Positions 9,539-18,971 of a stretch of 64,000 bases of DNA are shown here, one piece after another. The notes beneath the pieces are model-generated. The model searched no databases, was not told the DNA's origin, and was given only the letters and a program-made list of their open reading frames with translations. The stretch spans positions 13,814 through 77,813 of the forward strand of contig NZ_JASLIP010000037.1 of the NCBI RefSeq assembly GCF_030152825.1, read 5' to 3'. How positions within the stretch are numbered: the first letter of the stretch is position 1; each line of letters begins with the position of its first letter. Made by a program: the position numbers and the translations under genes. This DNA comes from Corynebacterium sp. (GTDB lineage: Bacteria > Actinomycetota > Actinomycetes > Mycobacteriales > Mycobacteriaceae).

Positions 9539-10039
9539 ATGGCGCAGAAGAATAACGGTGCTAAAGCGGGTAAGTACGGAACGGTTGGCGGCGTGGTCGT
9601 CGCCCTGGCACTGGCAGGGGCGAGCCAACTCGGTCTCTTCGGCGATGACGATAACGCCGGTGGGCAGGGCGGCAGTTCCCAGTCCGGCCAGTCATCCAAC
9701 GCCTCCCAGCAGAACGCGGGTGCGGATAGCGCTGCTGGTTCCGAGTGCGCCGTGGACACCCTGCCGGAGGAGGCCCGGGAGCAGATCGAGGACATCCTCA
9801 CCGGCGCCCCCTCCGACGACGGCCCGCACGACGGCAAGCACTTCGGCAACTACGAGGGCCTCCTACCGAAGGAAAAGTCCAGCTACTACCGCGAGTACAC
9901 CGTCAAAACCCCGGGTCTGAACCACCGGGGCGAGCGTCGCCTCGTCGTCGGTGGTGGCACGGAGACCGACCCTGAGGTCTGGTACTACACCTCCGACCAC
10001 TTCGAGAGCTTCTGCGAGATCCCCGACGCCGAGGACTAA
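9539..10039 (+). CDS. Secreted or membrane-anchored guanyl-specific ribonuclease (RNase Sa/barnase N1/T1 family)
   Basis: N-terminal hydrophobic segment GGVVVALALAGA, a low-complexity linker, then YYREYTVKTPGLNHRGERRLV...YYTSDHFESFCEI matching RNase Sa catalytic Glu/Arg/His positions. Two Cys sit at the disulfide positions. Confidence 0.8.
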   Translation: MAQKNNGAKAGKYGTVGGVVVALALAGASQLGLFGDDDNAGGQGGSSQSGQSSNASQQNAGADSAAGSECAVDTLPEEAREQIEDILTGAPSDDGPHDGKHFGNYEGLLPKEKSSYYREYTVKTPGLNHRGERRLVVGGGTETDPEVWYYTSDHFESFCEIPDAED

Positions 10040-10052
10040 CGCGGAGAAAACA

Positions 10053-11333
10053 CTAAGCCCACGCGGCGCTGACACCGGCGGCAGAGGCGTCCAAGCGCTC
10101 CAGCCGGGATTCGGTGAGAGAGGCGACTTGGTCGATGACCACGCGACGGCGCTCGACATCGGTGGCCGCGTTCTCGTACCAGAGACGGAAGACCGGATCC
10201 AGCGCCCCGGCACCACCACGGGCCAAGAACTCCGTGACGCGGAAGATGCGTTCCCGCTGGCGATCCTGCTCCGCCAGGTGCAGCTTCTCGTCCATCACGT
10301 AGAGCACGGCGATGGACTTCAATAGCGTGACCTCGGCCTTAACTTCCGCGGGGATGACGAGGTTCGCGGCATAACGGCCCAGCGGTCCGGTGCCGTACTC
10401 CCGGCGGGTCGCGGTGACCACGGCCGTGACGAAGCGGCTGACCAGTTCCGAGGTCATGGACTTCAGTGCAACCAGGTCCTGCAGGCTGTGGCGGAAGTCC
10501 GCGGCCCGGGAAACCACGGGCATCTGCCGCAAGCGGTCCGCTGCGGCCAGCAGCTCCTCGGGCTCCCCGCCGAAGTGGTGGGCGCCCTTGTCCGCGAGCG
10601 TGGCGAGCTCCACCAGGTCCCACAGCACGCCCAGGGTGATGCGACCAGAGAGCATGCCGTCCTCGACGTCATGGACGGAGTAGGCAACATCGTCCGACCA
10701 GTCCATAATCTGTGCCTCCAGGCACTGCGCACCATCGGGCGCACCCTGACGAATCCACTCCAAGATGTGCAGGTCGGATTCGTAGGCGCTGTACTTGCGT
10801 CGCGGGGTGCCGTCCGGGGCGGTCGGGCCCCAGGGGTACTTGCACGCCGCATCCAGGGCCGCGCGGGTGAGATTCAGCCCGTAGGAGGTGCCGTCCGCCC
10901 CGAGGGTCTTTGGTTCTAGCCGGGCCAGAATGCGCAGGGTCTGCGCGTTGCCCTCGAAGCCGCCGATGCTGGCTGAGGCCTCGTCCAGGGCGCGCTCGCC
11001 GTTGTGACCATAGGGCGGGTGGCCGATGTCGTGGCTCAGCCCCGCCAGGTCCGCCAGGTCAGGATCCGCACCCAGGGTCTTGCCGATGCCACGGGCGATC
11101 TGGGCAACCTCCAGGGAGTGCGTCAGCCGGGTGCGCGGCGTATCCCCCGACCCAGGCCCCACAACCTGGGTCTTATCGGCCAGACGGCGCAGCGCCGCGG
11201 AGTGCAGGACGCGCGCCCGGTCGCGGTCGAAGTCCTCCCTGCCGTCCGGGACCGATCCTGCCAACCCCAGGGTTTTGGGTGCGACGGCATGACGGCGCGC
11301 GCAGTCGTGCTCCGTGTACTGATACCCCTGCAT
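10053..11333 (-). CDS. dgt: dGTP triphosphohydrolase-like HD-domain protein
   Basis: HSLEVAQIARGIG and SHDIGHPPYGHNGE HD motifs. Start at ATG 11333 (MQGYQY). Confidence 0.9.
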   Translation of the reverse strand: MQGYQYTEHDCARRHAVAPKTLGLAGSVPDGREDFDRDRARVLHSAALRRLADKTQVVGPGSGDTPRTRLTHSLEVAQIARGIGKTLGADPDLADLAGLSHDIGHPPYGHNGERALDEASASIGGFEGNAQTLRILARLEPKTLGADGTSYGLNLTRAALDAACKYPWGPTAPDGTPRRKYSAYESDLHILEWIRQGAPDGAQCLEAQIMDWSDDVAYSVHDVEDGMLSGRITLGVLWDLVELATLADKGAHHFGGEPEELLAAADRLRQMPVVSRAADFRHSLQDLVALKSMTSELVSRFVTAVVTATRREYGTGPLGRYAANLVIPAEVKAEVTLLKSIAVLYVMDEKLHLAEQDRQRERIFRVTEFLARGGAGALDPVFRLWYENAATDVERRRVVIDQVASLTESRLERLDASAAGVSAAWA

Positions 11334-11428
11334 CTCGCGCTCCGTTAGTCCTGTATCCGTCCCCGGGGCGGCAGTCTCCTGGTGCGCCGCACCGACAGGA
11401 CTACCCCAGCCCACGGGGCGTTTATCCC

Positions 11429-13030
11429 CTAGACGCTGCCGACGTTGCCCTCGGCGAAGAAGTGGTGGCCCGGGCGGCGCACACGGCCCTGCACCGGCGG
11501 CAGCATCGAGTACTGGTCGTAGGTCGCGCGGTCGTAGTCACGCTGCCAGTCGTCCGGGGCCTTTTCTTCCAGCAGGCTGCCCGGCTCGAGCCACGGGTAG
11601 AGGTCCTCGTACGGGCGAGCCTGGGTCTGGTCCACGCGGCGCACCAGGTGGCCGGGACCCAGCTGACTGACGTCATGCAGCCCCATGGCTCCCAGAATGC
11701 GAGTGGTGGACTTCAGCGTATTGCGGTGGTAGTTCGCCACACGCTCGGCCTTGCTGTCGACATCCAGGCCGCGGGCGAGCCACGGATTCTGGGTGGCCAC
11801 ACCGGTCGGGCAGGTGTTGTCGTGGCACTTCTTGGCCTGGATGCAGCCTGCGGCCATCATCATGCCGCGGGCGGACATCGTGAAGTCCGCGCCGATCGCA
11901 AGGCGGCGGATGATATCCGCGCCACCGACGACCTTACCGGCCGCGCCGACGGCGACCTGGTCGCGCAGGCCCGTGCCCACCAGTGCGTTGTGGACGATCA
12001 TCAGCCCCTCGGTCAGCGGGGTACCCACGCGGTCCAGGAACTCCAGTGGGGCCGCACCCGTGCCGCCCTCGGCACCGTCGACGGTGATCCAGTCCGGGGC
12101 GGTCTTCGCCTTGAGCATCGCCTTACACAGGGAGAGCACCTCGTGGCGGGAACCCACGCAGAACTTGATGCCCACCGGTTTGCCGTTGGCCAGGCGGCGC
12201 AGCTTCTTAACGAAGTGCATCAGCTCCAGCGGGGTGTCGAACTCGGAGTGCCACGCCGGGGAGAGGCAGTCCTGCCCCTCCTCGATGCCGCGGGCCTCGG
12301 CGATCTCCGCGTTGACCTTGTGGCCCGGCAGCATGCCGCCCATGCCCGGCTTCGCACCCTGGCTGAGCTTGATGAGGATGCCCTTGACCTCCGGGTAGTT
12401 GGCCTTGACGCGGAACTGCTCGGGGTCGAAGTGGCCGTCCTCGGTACGGCAGCCGAAGTAGCTGGAGCCGATCTCCCAGATCAGGTCCGCACCGTACTCC
12501 AGGTGGTACTTGGTCAGCCCGCCCTCACCAGTCTCCTGGATAAAGCCGCCCATCGCCGCGCCCTTGTTCATCGCGAGCACAGCGTTGGCGGACAGGGAGC
12601 CGAACGACATCGAGGAGATGTTGAACAGGGAGATGTCATAGGGCTGGGTGCACTCCGGGCCGCCGAGGCGCACGAGTGGTGCGTCAGTACGGGCCGGCAC
12701 CGGGTGGGTGGAGTGAAGCAGGTGGTCACGGCCCGGAACGAAGAGGTCGCGCTGGGTGCCGAAGGCCTCCTCCGCCGGGAGGTTCTTCGCGCTCTGGTAC
12801 ACCATCGTGCGGGTCACGCGGTCGAACGGGCGGCCATCGATGTTGGACTCGACGAAGTACTGCTGGATCTCCGGGCGGATGGATTCCATCATCCAGCGGG
12901 CGCGGCCCAGAACCGGGTAGTTACGGCGAATGGCGTGCTTGGGCTGGATGATGTCCACCGCCGCGACGGCAGAGGCGGCCAGTGCCCCGTACTTCACCGC
13001 TTTACGGATGAGTTTGCGACCACTTGGCAT
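11429..13030 (-). CDS. FMN-binding glutamate synthase family protein (stand-alone GltB FMN domain)
   Basis: Length and motifs of the GltS FMN domain (GEGG, KLSQGAKPGMGG, DGAEGGTGAAP). Confidence 0.85.
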   Translation of the reverse strand: MPSGRKLIRKAVKYGALAASAVAAVDIIQPKHAIRRNYPVLGRARWMMESIRPEIQQYFVESNIDGRPFDRVTRTMVYQSAKNLPAEEAFGTQRDLFVPGRDHLLHSTHPVPARTDAPLVRLGGPECTQPYDISLFNISSMSFGSLSANAVLAMNKGAAMGGFIQETGEGGLTKYHLEYGADLIWEIGSSYFGCRTEDGHFDPEQFRVKANYPEVKGILIKLSQGAKPGMGGMLPGHKVNAEIAEARGIEEGQDCLSPAWHSEFDTPLELMHFVKKLRRLANGKPVGIKFCVGSRHEVLSLCKAMLKAKTAPDWITVDGAEGGTGAAPLEFLDRVGTPLTEGLMIVHNALVGTGLRDQVAVGAAGKVVGGADIIRRLAIGADFTMSARGMMMAAGCIQAKKCHDNTCPTGVATQNPWLARGLDVDSKAERVANYHRNTLKSTTRILGAMGLHDVSQLGPGHLVRRVDQTQARPYEDLYPWLEPGSLLEEKAPDDWQRDYDRATYDQYSMLPPVQGRVRRPGHHFFAEGNVGSV

Positions 13031-13061
13031 GATGATGCTCCTTAAGAATTTTATTCTCCGG

Positions 13062-13601
13062 CTACGTGGTGAACCAGACGACGATCGCGATGACCACGCA
13101 AATGGCCAGCGCCATCGTCAACATCCCCGTGGTTCGAACCACTCGAGTTTCCAGGGTACGCCGGGCAACCCAGGACACGAAGACCTGGACATCCAGCGGC
13201 AGCTTCTCCCCCGGCCCTTCGAACTCCACGTGGAGGTTGCGCAGGCCCCGGTTATCGGAACTGTACTGCCCAGCCTTCTCGCCGTCGATGTCGAGGACGA
13301 AGTTGCGGCGGGATTCAGCGATGATTCCGATCTCGTGGCGGTCCGCGTTGATGGTCACCCGGTCCGCGGTGTGGAACTTATCGCTGTTCCCCTTCGCGGT
13401 CCAGGTACCCGTCGGGTTCTCGGCCTGTGCCTCCGGTCCCTCGTCGGCGGTGAGCCGCCAGGTGTCGCCGCCGAAGCGGATGTGCTGCACCCCGCGCTCA
13501 TCGGCGAACTCCGCGATGCGGTCCATGTCATCCGCCGGTCCGGCATAGATCGGGAACGTGTGCCCGTCGCTGGGCACGCCCCATCGGATGTCGCTATTCA
13601 T
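13062..13601 (-). CDS. Hypothetical tail-anchored membrane protein
   Basis: ATG 13601 overlaps the glyQS stop (TAATG). Soluble domain of about 150 aa, then a C-terminal TM helix MLTMALAICVVIAIVVWF. No family recognised. Confidence 0.55.
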   Translation of the reverse strand: MNSDIRWGVPSDGHTFPIYAGPADDMDRIAEFADERGVQHIRFGGDTWRLTADEGPEAQAENPTGTWTAKGNSDKFHTADRVTINADRHEIGIIAESRRNFVLDIDGEKAGQYSSDNRGLRNLHVEFEGPGEKLPLDVQVFVSWVARRTLETRVVRTTGMLTMALAICVVIAIVVWFTT

Positions 13602-14980
13602 TAGCAGCCAGCCAGGCGCTGCGCGAGGTAGCCCTCGAGCTCGTCGATAGCGACGCGCTCCTGCTCCATCGTGTCGCGCTCGCGGACGGTGACGGCGTTG
13701 TCTTCCAGGGTGTCGAAGTCGACGGTCACGCAGTACGGGGTGCCGATCTCGTCCTGACGACGGTAGCGGCGACCAATAGCACCGGAGGTGTCGTAGTCGA
13801 TGTTCCACAGACCGCGCAGCTTGTCGGCAATCTTCTCCGCGGTCGGGGTCAGGGTCTCCTTCTTCGACAGCGGCAGGACGGCGACCTTCACCGGGGACAG
13901 ACGCGGGTCCAGCTTCAGGACGGTGCGGGTGTCGGTGCCGCCCTTAGCGTTCGGCACCTCCTCCTCGGTGTAAGCGTCGACGAGGAAGGCCATCAGGGAG
14001 CGACCCAGGCCGGCGGCCGGCTCGATGACGTACGGGATCCAGCGCTCTTCCTTCTGCTGGTCGTAGTAGGACAGGTCCTCGCCGGATCCCTCGGAGTGGG
14101 TCTTCAGGTCGTAGTCCGTGCGGTTGGCGATGCCCTCGAGCTCGCCCCACTTGGAGCCGGTGAAATGGAAGGCGTACTCGACGTCCACGGTGCGCTTGGC
14201 GTAGTGGGACAGCTCGTCCTCGGTATGCTCGCGCAGGCGCAGGTTCTCGCGGTCAATGCCCAGGTTGACGTACCAGTTCAGACGCTGCTCGATCCAGTAC
14301 TCCTGCCACTTCTCGTCGGTGCCCGGCTCGACGAAGAACTCCATCTCCATCTGCTCGAACTCGCGGGTGCGGAAGATGAAGTTGCCCGGGGTGATCTCGT
14401 TGCGGAAAGACTTACCGATCTGGGCGATACCGAACGGCGGCTTCTGGCGGGAGGAGTTCATTACGTTCTTGAACTGCGTGAAGATGCCCTGTGCGGTCTC
14501 CGGACGCAGGTAGGCCAGGCCTTCCTTGTCGTCGACCGGACCCAGGTAGGTCTTCATCAGACCGGAGAAGGCGCGCGGCTCGGTCCACTTGCCCGGCTGG
14601 CCGGTCTCCGGGTCGTTGATATCAGCCAAGCCGTTTGCCGGCGGGTGGCCGTGCTTCTCCTCGTAGGCCTCCAGCAGGTGGTCGGCGCGGTAGCGCTTGT
14701 GGGTGTAGAGAGACTCGACCAGCGGGTCGGTGAAGACGTCCACGTGGCCGGAGACCTCCCACACGCGGCGCGGGAGGATGACGGAGCTGTCCAGGCCGAC
14801 GACGTCGCCGCGGCTGGTCACCATCGAGCGCCACCACTGGCGCTTGATGTTCTCCTTGAGCTCCACGCCCAGCGGGCCGTAATCCCACGCAGAGCGGGTA
14901 CCGCCGTAAATCTCACCACAGGGGTAAACCAGGCCACGGCGCTTCGCGAGGTTGACAACGGCATCTACTTTTCCTGCCAT
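13601..14980 (-). CDS. glyQS: Glycine--tRNA ligase (class II, homodimeric type)
   Basis: [42 protein letters not shown] and the remaining class II motifs. Start at ATG 14980. Confidence 0.95.
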   Translation of the reverse strand: MAGKVDAVVNLAKRRGLVYPCGEIYGGTRSAWDYGPLGVELKENIKRQWWRSMVTSRGDVVGLDSSVILPRRVWEVSGHVDVFTDPLVESLYTHKRYRADHLLEAYEEKHGHPPANGLADINDPETGQPGKWTEPRAFSGLMKTYLGPVDDKEGLAYLRPETAQGIFTQFKNVMNSSRQKPPFGIAQIGKSFRNEITPGNFIFRTREFEQMEMEFFVEPGTDEKWQEYWIEQRLNWYVNLGIDRENLRLREHTEDELSHYAKRTVDVEYAFHFTGSKWGELEGIANRTDYDLKTHSEGSGEDLSYYDQQKEERWIPYVIEPAAGLGRSLMAFLVDAYTEEEVPNAKGGTDTRTVLKLDPRLSPVKVAVLPLSKKETLTPTAEKIADKLRGLWNIDYDTSGAIGRRYRRQDEIGTPYCVTVDFDTLEDNAVTVRERDTMEQERVAIDELEGYLAQRLAGC

Positions 14981-15198
14981 GCTGGGACGCTCTCCTTTAA
15001 AACGAACTCTGTTCTGCAATTTCTTGCACTGTTGCGCGACCTGCATTCCTGGACACCAGGGCGGTCGCTTGCCAGAGGCTATCTTAACCGATATGGCAAT
15101 TCGGCGTTTCAGTGCATCCCCTCCTCGCCGTACCACCCCACAGGTCCGTTATTGACAACTTACTGAAAACCAGCGTCGCCAGGGCTAGGCTTCGATTC

Positions 15199-15627
15199 AT
15201 GACTAGCAAGAACTCCACCGGCGGAATCAACATCGGTCAGCGCAATACCCGGCAGCGCGCGGCGGTCGTCGCCATGCTCGAACAGGTGGAGGAATTCGCC
15301 AGCGCCCAGGACATCCACGCTCGCCTCGTCGCGGCGGGCGAGAAGGTTGGGCTCACCACGGTCTACCGCACCCTGCAGCAGATGTCCGCGATGGGGGCGA
15401 TCGACACGCTCAATAACGAGTCCGGGGAGACCCTCTACCGGCGCTGCGCCATGGATACCCACCACCATCACCTGGTGTGCAACGACTGCCGCACGACCGT
15501 GGAGATCGACGGCGGTCCGGTGGAAGACTGGGCCCGCGACGTCGCAAAGAAGTACGGCTTCCGCAAGACAGGCCACACTGCGGATATCTTCGGCCTCTGC
15601 GCGGACTGCGCCGCAAAGAAGTCCTAG
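15199..15627 (+). CDS. zur: Fur family transcriptional regulator, Zur-like
   Basis: RNTRQRAAV, HHHHLVC..C and GLCADC metal sites. Divergent from glyQS, as furB/zur is in mycobacteria. Confidence 0.8.
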   Translation: MTSKNSTGGINIGQRNTRQRAAVVAMLEQVEEFASAQDIHARLVAAGEKVGLTTVYRTLQQMSAMGAIDTLNNESGETLYRRCAMDTHHHHLVCNDCRTTVEIDGGPVEDWARDVAKKYGFRKTGHTADIFGLCADCAAKKS

Positions 15628-15632
15628 AAGCT

Positions 15633-16814
15633 TTAAACGCTGACGTCGAAGAGGGAACCCAGCCCGTAGGTCACCGCAGCGGCCCCGGCGCCGATAGCCA
15701 GCTGGCGCAATGCGCGCTTAGCCGGGGAGGCGCCGGAGAGCAGGCCCACGATCCCGCCGGTCAGCAGCAGGGCTATCCCCACCAACACGCAGGCGATCAC
15801 CGCAGCGCTCAGCCCGTCCGCGCCGAAGAGGTACGGCAGCACTGGCACGATCGCGCCCAGGGAGAACAGCAGGAAGCTCGACACCGCGGCGGATACCGGG
15901 GAGCCCGTGGACTCCTCGTCCTTCGGGGCTGCCTCCGCCGAAGACTCGTGGGCTGAAGAACCGTGGGCCGGATCCTCGTAGGGCAACCCCACGTCCACCG
16001 CCGGGGAGGAAAGAATCTCCTCGAAGACCCGCTGCGCCTTCGCCCGGGCTTCCTCCGGCGCCATGCCACGGGCACGGTAGACCAGCTCCAGCTCGTTTTC
16101 CCGCACGTCCAGCTTCGGCACCGCCCCCGCGGTGTCTTCCGCCGGGGCGTTGGCCGCGAGCAGCTCCTGCTGGCTGGAGACCGAAACGTACTCGCCGGCA
16201 GCCATGGACAACGCACCGGCCAGCAGCCCGGCAATGCCGGTCACCAACACCACGTTCGAGGGGGCGCCGGTGCCGACCATGCCCAGCACCAGCGCGAGGT
16301 TCGAAACCAGCCCGTCGTTCGCCCCGAAGATCGCTGCCCGGAAGTCCCCCGACATCCGTGCCCGGCCACGCGCCGCCAGACCGCGGACCACCTCCGCGTG
16401 AATGGCCTCGTCCGCAAGAATCGAATCCGCCGCATCAATATCCGCCACCCCGCTGCGGCGCTCCTCCGCCGACTGCAACAGCGCAAGCACGAAGACCGAA
16501 CCGAAACGCTCCGCCAAGAAGGCGTGCATCCGGGTGCTGAAGCTGGCCTTCTGCGGCAGGCCGACGTACTCCCCCAACCGGGCGCGCCAATAGGCCTCGT
16601 GCCGGGCCTCCGCCTCAGCCAGGCCTAGCAGGATCTCGCGCTCCTCCCCCGTCTTCTTGCGCGCCAGCTCGCGGTACACGGCCCCCTCCGCCCGCTCGTC
16701 GGCGAGATAGCGCCGCCACGTGGCGATCTGTTTCTTGGTCGGCTGCTCCACTGGTTGCTCAGCCGGCAGCTCGTCAGGCTGCTCGTTGGGCCGCTGATCC
16801 GGCTGATCAACCAC
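15633..16814 (-). CDS. VIT1/CCC1 family iron/manganese transporter with N-terminal ferritin-like (erythrin) domain, MbfA-like
   Basis: N-terminal ferritin-like helices (AEARHEAYW). C-terminal GANDGLVSNLALVLG and five TM segments. Confidence 0.85.
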   Translation of the reverse strand: MVDQPDQRPNEQPDELPAEQPVEQPTKKQIATWRRYLADERAEGAVYRELARKKTGEEREILLGLAEAEARHEAYWRARLGEYVGLPQKASFSTRMHAFLAERFGSVFVLALLQSAEERRSGVADIDAADSILADEAIHAEVVRGLAARGRARMSGDFRAAIFGANDGLVSNLALVLGMVGTGAPSNVVLVTGIAGLLAGALSMAAGEYVSVSSQQELLAANAPAEDTAGAVPKLDVRENELELVYRARGMAPEEARAKAQRVFEEILSSPAVDVGLPYEDPAHGSSAHESSAEAAPKDEESTGSPVSAAVSSFLLFSLGAIVPVLPYLFGADGLSAAVIACVLVGIALLLTGGIVGLLSGASPAKRALRQLAIGAGAAAVTYGLGSLFDVSV

Positions 16815-16893
16815 GAACCATCACGCCTTCCTCACGCCGCGGCGGCGACGTCATAAAAATCAGAGAAGCAGAAAAGAAAACCAGAGAGCAATC

Positions 16894-17652
16894 CTACTTC
16901 ACGCCACCGAAGCGGCGATCCCGCGAAGCGAACTCCCAGATCGCCCCGCGCAGGTGAGCCGGGGTGTAGTCCGGGAACAGCACCTGCTGGTAGACCATCT
17001 CGGCATAAGCCGACTGCCAGATCAAAAAGTTGCTGGTCCGCTGCTCCCCCGACGGGCGCAGGAACAGGTCCACGTCCGGCATGTCGGGCTCGTCGAGGTA
17101 ACGGGCGAAATCCTTCTCGGAGACATCCCGGGGCTTGATCCGCCCGTGATTCGCCTCTGCCACCAGGGCCTTCGCCGCATCCGCGATCTCCGCGCGGCCG
17201 CCGTAGTTGATGCACATGTACAGCGTCATCCGAGTGTTGTGCTTCGTCTGCTCCTCCGCGCGCTCCAGCTCGCTAATCACCGAGCGCCACAGGCGCGGGC
17301 GGCGGCCCACCCAACGGATCCGCACCCCGAGGGAGTCCAGGTAATCGCGCTGTTTGCGCAGCACATCCCTGTTGAAGCCCATGAGGAAGCGCACCTCCTC
17401 GGCCGAGCGCCGCCAGTTCTCCGTGGAGAAGGCATAAGCAGAGAGCGCCTCGACGCCCAGCTCAAGGCACTCCTCCACCAGGCTGATCAGCACCGCCTCG
17501 CCGCGCTTGTGCCCCTCGGTGCGCGCCAGACCGCGTTCCTGCGCCCAGCGGCCGTTGCCGTCCATGACCAGCGCGATGTGCCGCGGCACAAGCCCGGTGG
17601 GGAGGCTGGCGATCTGTTCTCGGGTTGCGGTTTCGTTCTTCACAACAGCCAT
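16894..17652 (-). CDS. uppS: Isoprenyl (Z-prenyl) diphosphate synthase
   Basis: [21 protein letters not shown] and RxSGE motifs. Confidence 0.95.
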   Translation of the reverse strand: MAVVKNETATREQIASLPTGLVPRHIALVMDGNGRWAQERGLARTEGHKRGEAVLISLVEECLELGVEALSAYAFSTENWRRSAEEVRFLMGFNRDVLRKQRDYLDSLGVRIRWVGRRPRLWRSVISELERAEEQTKHNTRMTLYMCINYGGRAEIADAAKALVAEANHGRIKPRDVSEKDFARYLDEPDMPDVDLFLRPSGEQRTSNFLIWQSAYAEMVYQQVLFPDYTPAHLRGAIWEFASRDRRFGGVK

Positions 17653-17704
17653 TGTGCCAGCCCCACTCCGCAGGCCCGTTATTCCCTCCCGCGGTCACCC
17701 CGTT

Positions 17705-17737
17705 GTCGTGGGGACGACGCCACCCGCCGGCGGGTGG
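17705..17737 (-). terminator. Two adjacent GC-rich hairpins downstream of recO (possible U-tail-less terminator)
   Basis: Perfect 18-nt palindrome CCACCCGCCGGCGGGTGG (17720..17737) plus GTCGT-GGGG-ACGAC (17705..17718). No T-run. Confidence 0.3.
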
Positions 17738-17762
17738 TCCTTCCCGGCCGGGCCCGATCGGC

Positions 17763-18521
17763 TCAGAGGGCAGCGTAGGCCGGGCAGGCGACCTCCAGCT
17801 GCTGGCGGACGTGCGCCAACAGCAGTTCGTGGGCCACCCGCACGTTGCCGGGGTTGGCCGCGACCTGGGCGGCCACCGCCAGCCGGTCGTGGGCCAGCAG
17901 CCACAGCAGGCGCACCGCCTCGGGCGGCGGGGTGGCCGAGCCCGGCGGGCGACAGAGCACGCACACACTACCCCCAACGCGCGGGTGGAAGGCCCGGTGC
18001 GGACCGGGGCGGCCGCACTGGGCGCAGTCCACGAGACTGGGCATCCAGCCAGCCTCAGCGAGCCCGTGGAGGACGAAGCGATCGGCCACACTCACCGGGG
18101 GCAGCTCTGGGGCGGCGGGGTCGGTCCCGGCAAGCAGGGCGAGGTTGGCGTCCAAGCTAGAAAAGACGGCCTCGGAGGAGCCCTCCGCGGTGGAGAGGAT
18201 CTGGGCGAGCTCCAGCATGGCGGCCCCGGCGAAGTACTTGTCCACGTCCGCGACGATGGGGCCGGCGTAGCTGGCCAGGGAGGCGGCATCCGTGATCTTT
18301 CCCAGGCTGCGGCCCCGGTAGACCTGCACGCTGACCTTCGAGAAGCGGTCGAGGCGAGCGCCGAAGCGGGACTTCGTCTTGCGGATGCCCTTGGCGACCG
18401 CGCGCACTACCCCGTGGCTGCGGGTCAGCAACACGAGGATGAGGTCGGCCTCCCCCAGCTTGTAGCTGCGCAAGACGAAGGCCTCGTCCCGGAAGTTCGG
18501 GCGAGGCGAGAAAGAAGACAT
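17763..18521 (-). CDS. recO: DNA repair protein RecO
   Basis: OB-fold N-terminus (FVLRSYKLGEADLILVLLT), a C-x2-C..C-x2-C zinc module and synteny. Confidence 0.9.
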   Translation of the reverse strand: MSSFSPRPNFRDEAFVLRSYKLGEADLILVLLTRSHGVVRAVAKGIRKTKSRFGARLDRFSKVSVQVYRGRSLGKITDAASLASYAGPIVADVDKYFAGAAMLELAQILSTAEGSSEAVFSSLDANLALLAGTDPAAPELPPVSVADRFVLHGLAEAGWMPSLVDCAQCGRPGPHRAFHPRVGGSVCVLCRPPGSATPPPEAVRLLWLLAHDRLAVAAQVAANPGNVRVAHELLLAHVRQQLEVACPAYAAL

Positions 18522-18551
18522 GGCTGACAGGCTACCGCGTGGGGCGGCTGC

Positions 18552-18971
18552 TTAGACGATGAGCTCGGGGTGCGCGTCGGAGCGACGCCGGATCCGCTTC
18601 CAAGCGGTGGCCGTCGCGGCGATGGCGGCGACCATCTCCAGGGCCACGCGCAGCAGGGCGATCTCGATGAAGGCGACCACGGCATAGAGCACGCCGGAGA
18701 CCAGGACGTTCGCCACGTTTGGCTCGAAGCTGATCTCCGGGAAGCTGGTGAAGAACTCGGAGCCGTCGAAACCATTGATGGAGATGCCCACCCCGCTCAG
18801 TCCGATCATCGAGCCGAAGGTCATGACCACCGCATTCACCAGAATGATCACGATGCCCAGAATGTAGAGCACCCGGATGAAGCCGGGGGAAAGGATGCGG
18901 TCAAAGCCGAAGTCCGTCAGCGTGCGGAGGAAGCCCTCCGGCTTCGCGGTCTGGCTAGTTCTGGTCGCCAT
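18552..18971 (-). CDS. DUF4282-like membrane protein (paralog 2)
   Basis: FLRTLTDFGFDRILSPGFIRVLYILGIVI, then a second TM. Start at ATG 18971 overlaps the upstream paralog by 17 nt. Confidence 0.6.
   Translation of the reverse strand: MATRTSQTAKPEGFLRTLTDFGFDRILSPGFIRVLYILGIVIILVNAVVMTFGSMIGLSGVGISINGFDGSEFFTSFPEISFEPNVANVLVSGVLYAVVAFIEIALLRVALEMVAAIAATATAWKRIRRRSDAHPELIV

Noticed and set aside
9863-10219. 118-aa minus-strand ORF overlapping the RNase 3' end, considered as a possible barstar-like immunity gene.
   Set aside because: It is antisense to both the RNase and the dgt terminus. Its sequence is Ser/Pro/Arg-rich and bears no resemblance to barstar.
14981-15198. Looked for a Zur box, a SmtB/ArsR partner gene or a T-box leader in the glyQS-zur divergent region.
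   Set aside because: Only short imperfect repeats are present (TGCAAtttcTTGCA and a TGAAAAC half-site). The region is too short for a T-box and contains no ORF for an ArsR-type regulator.
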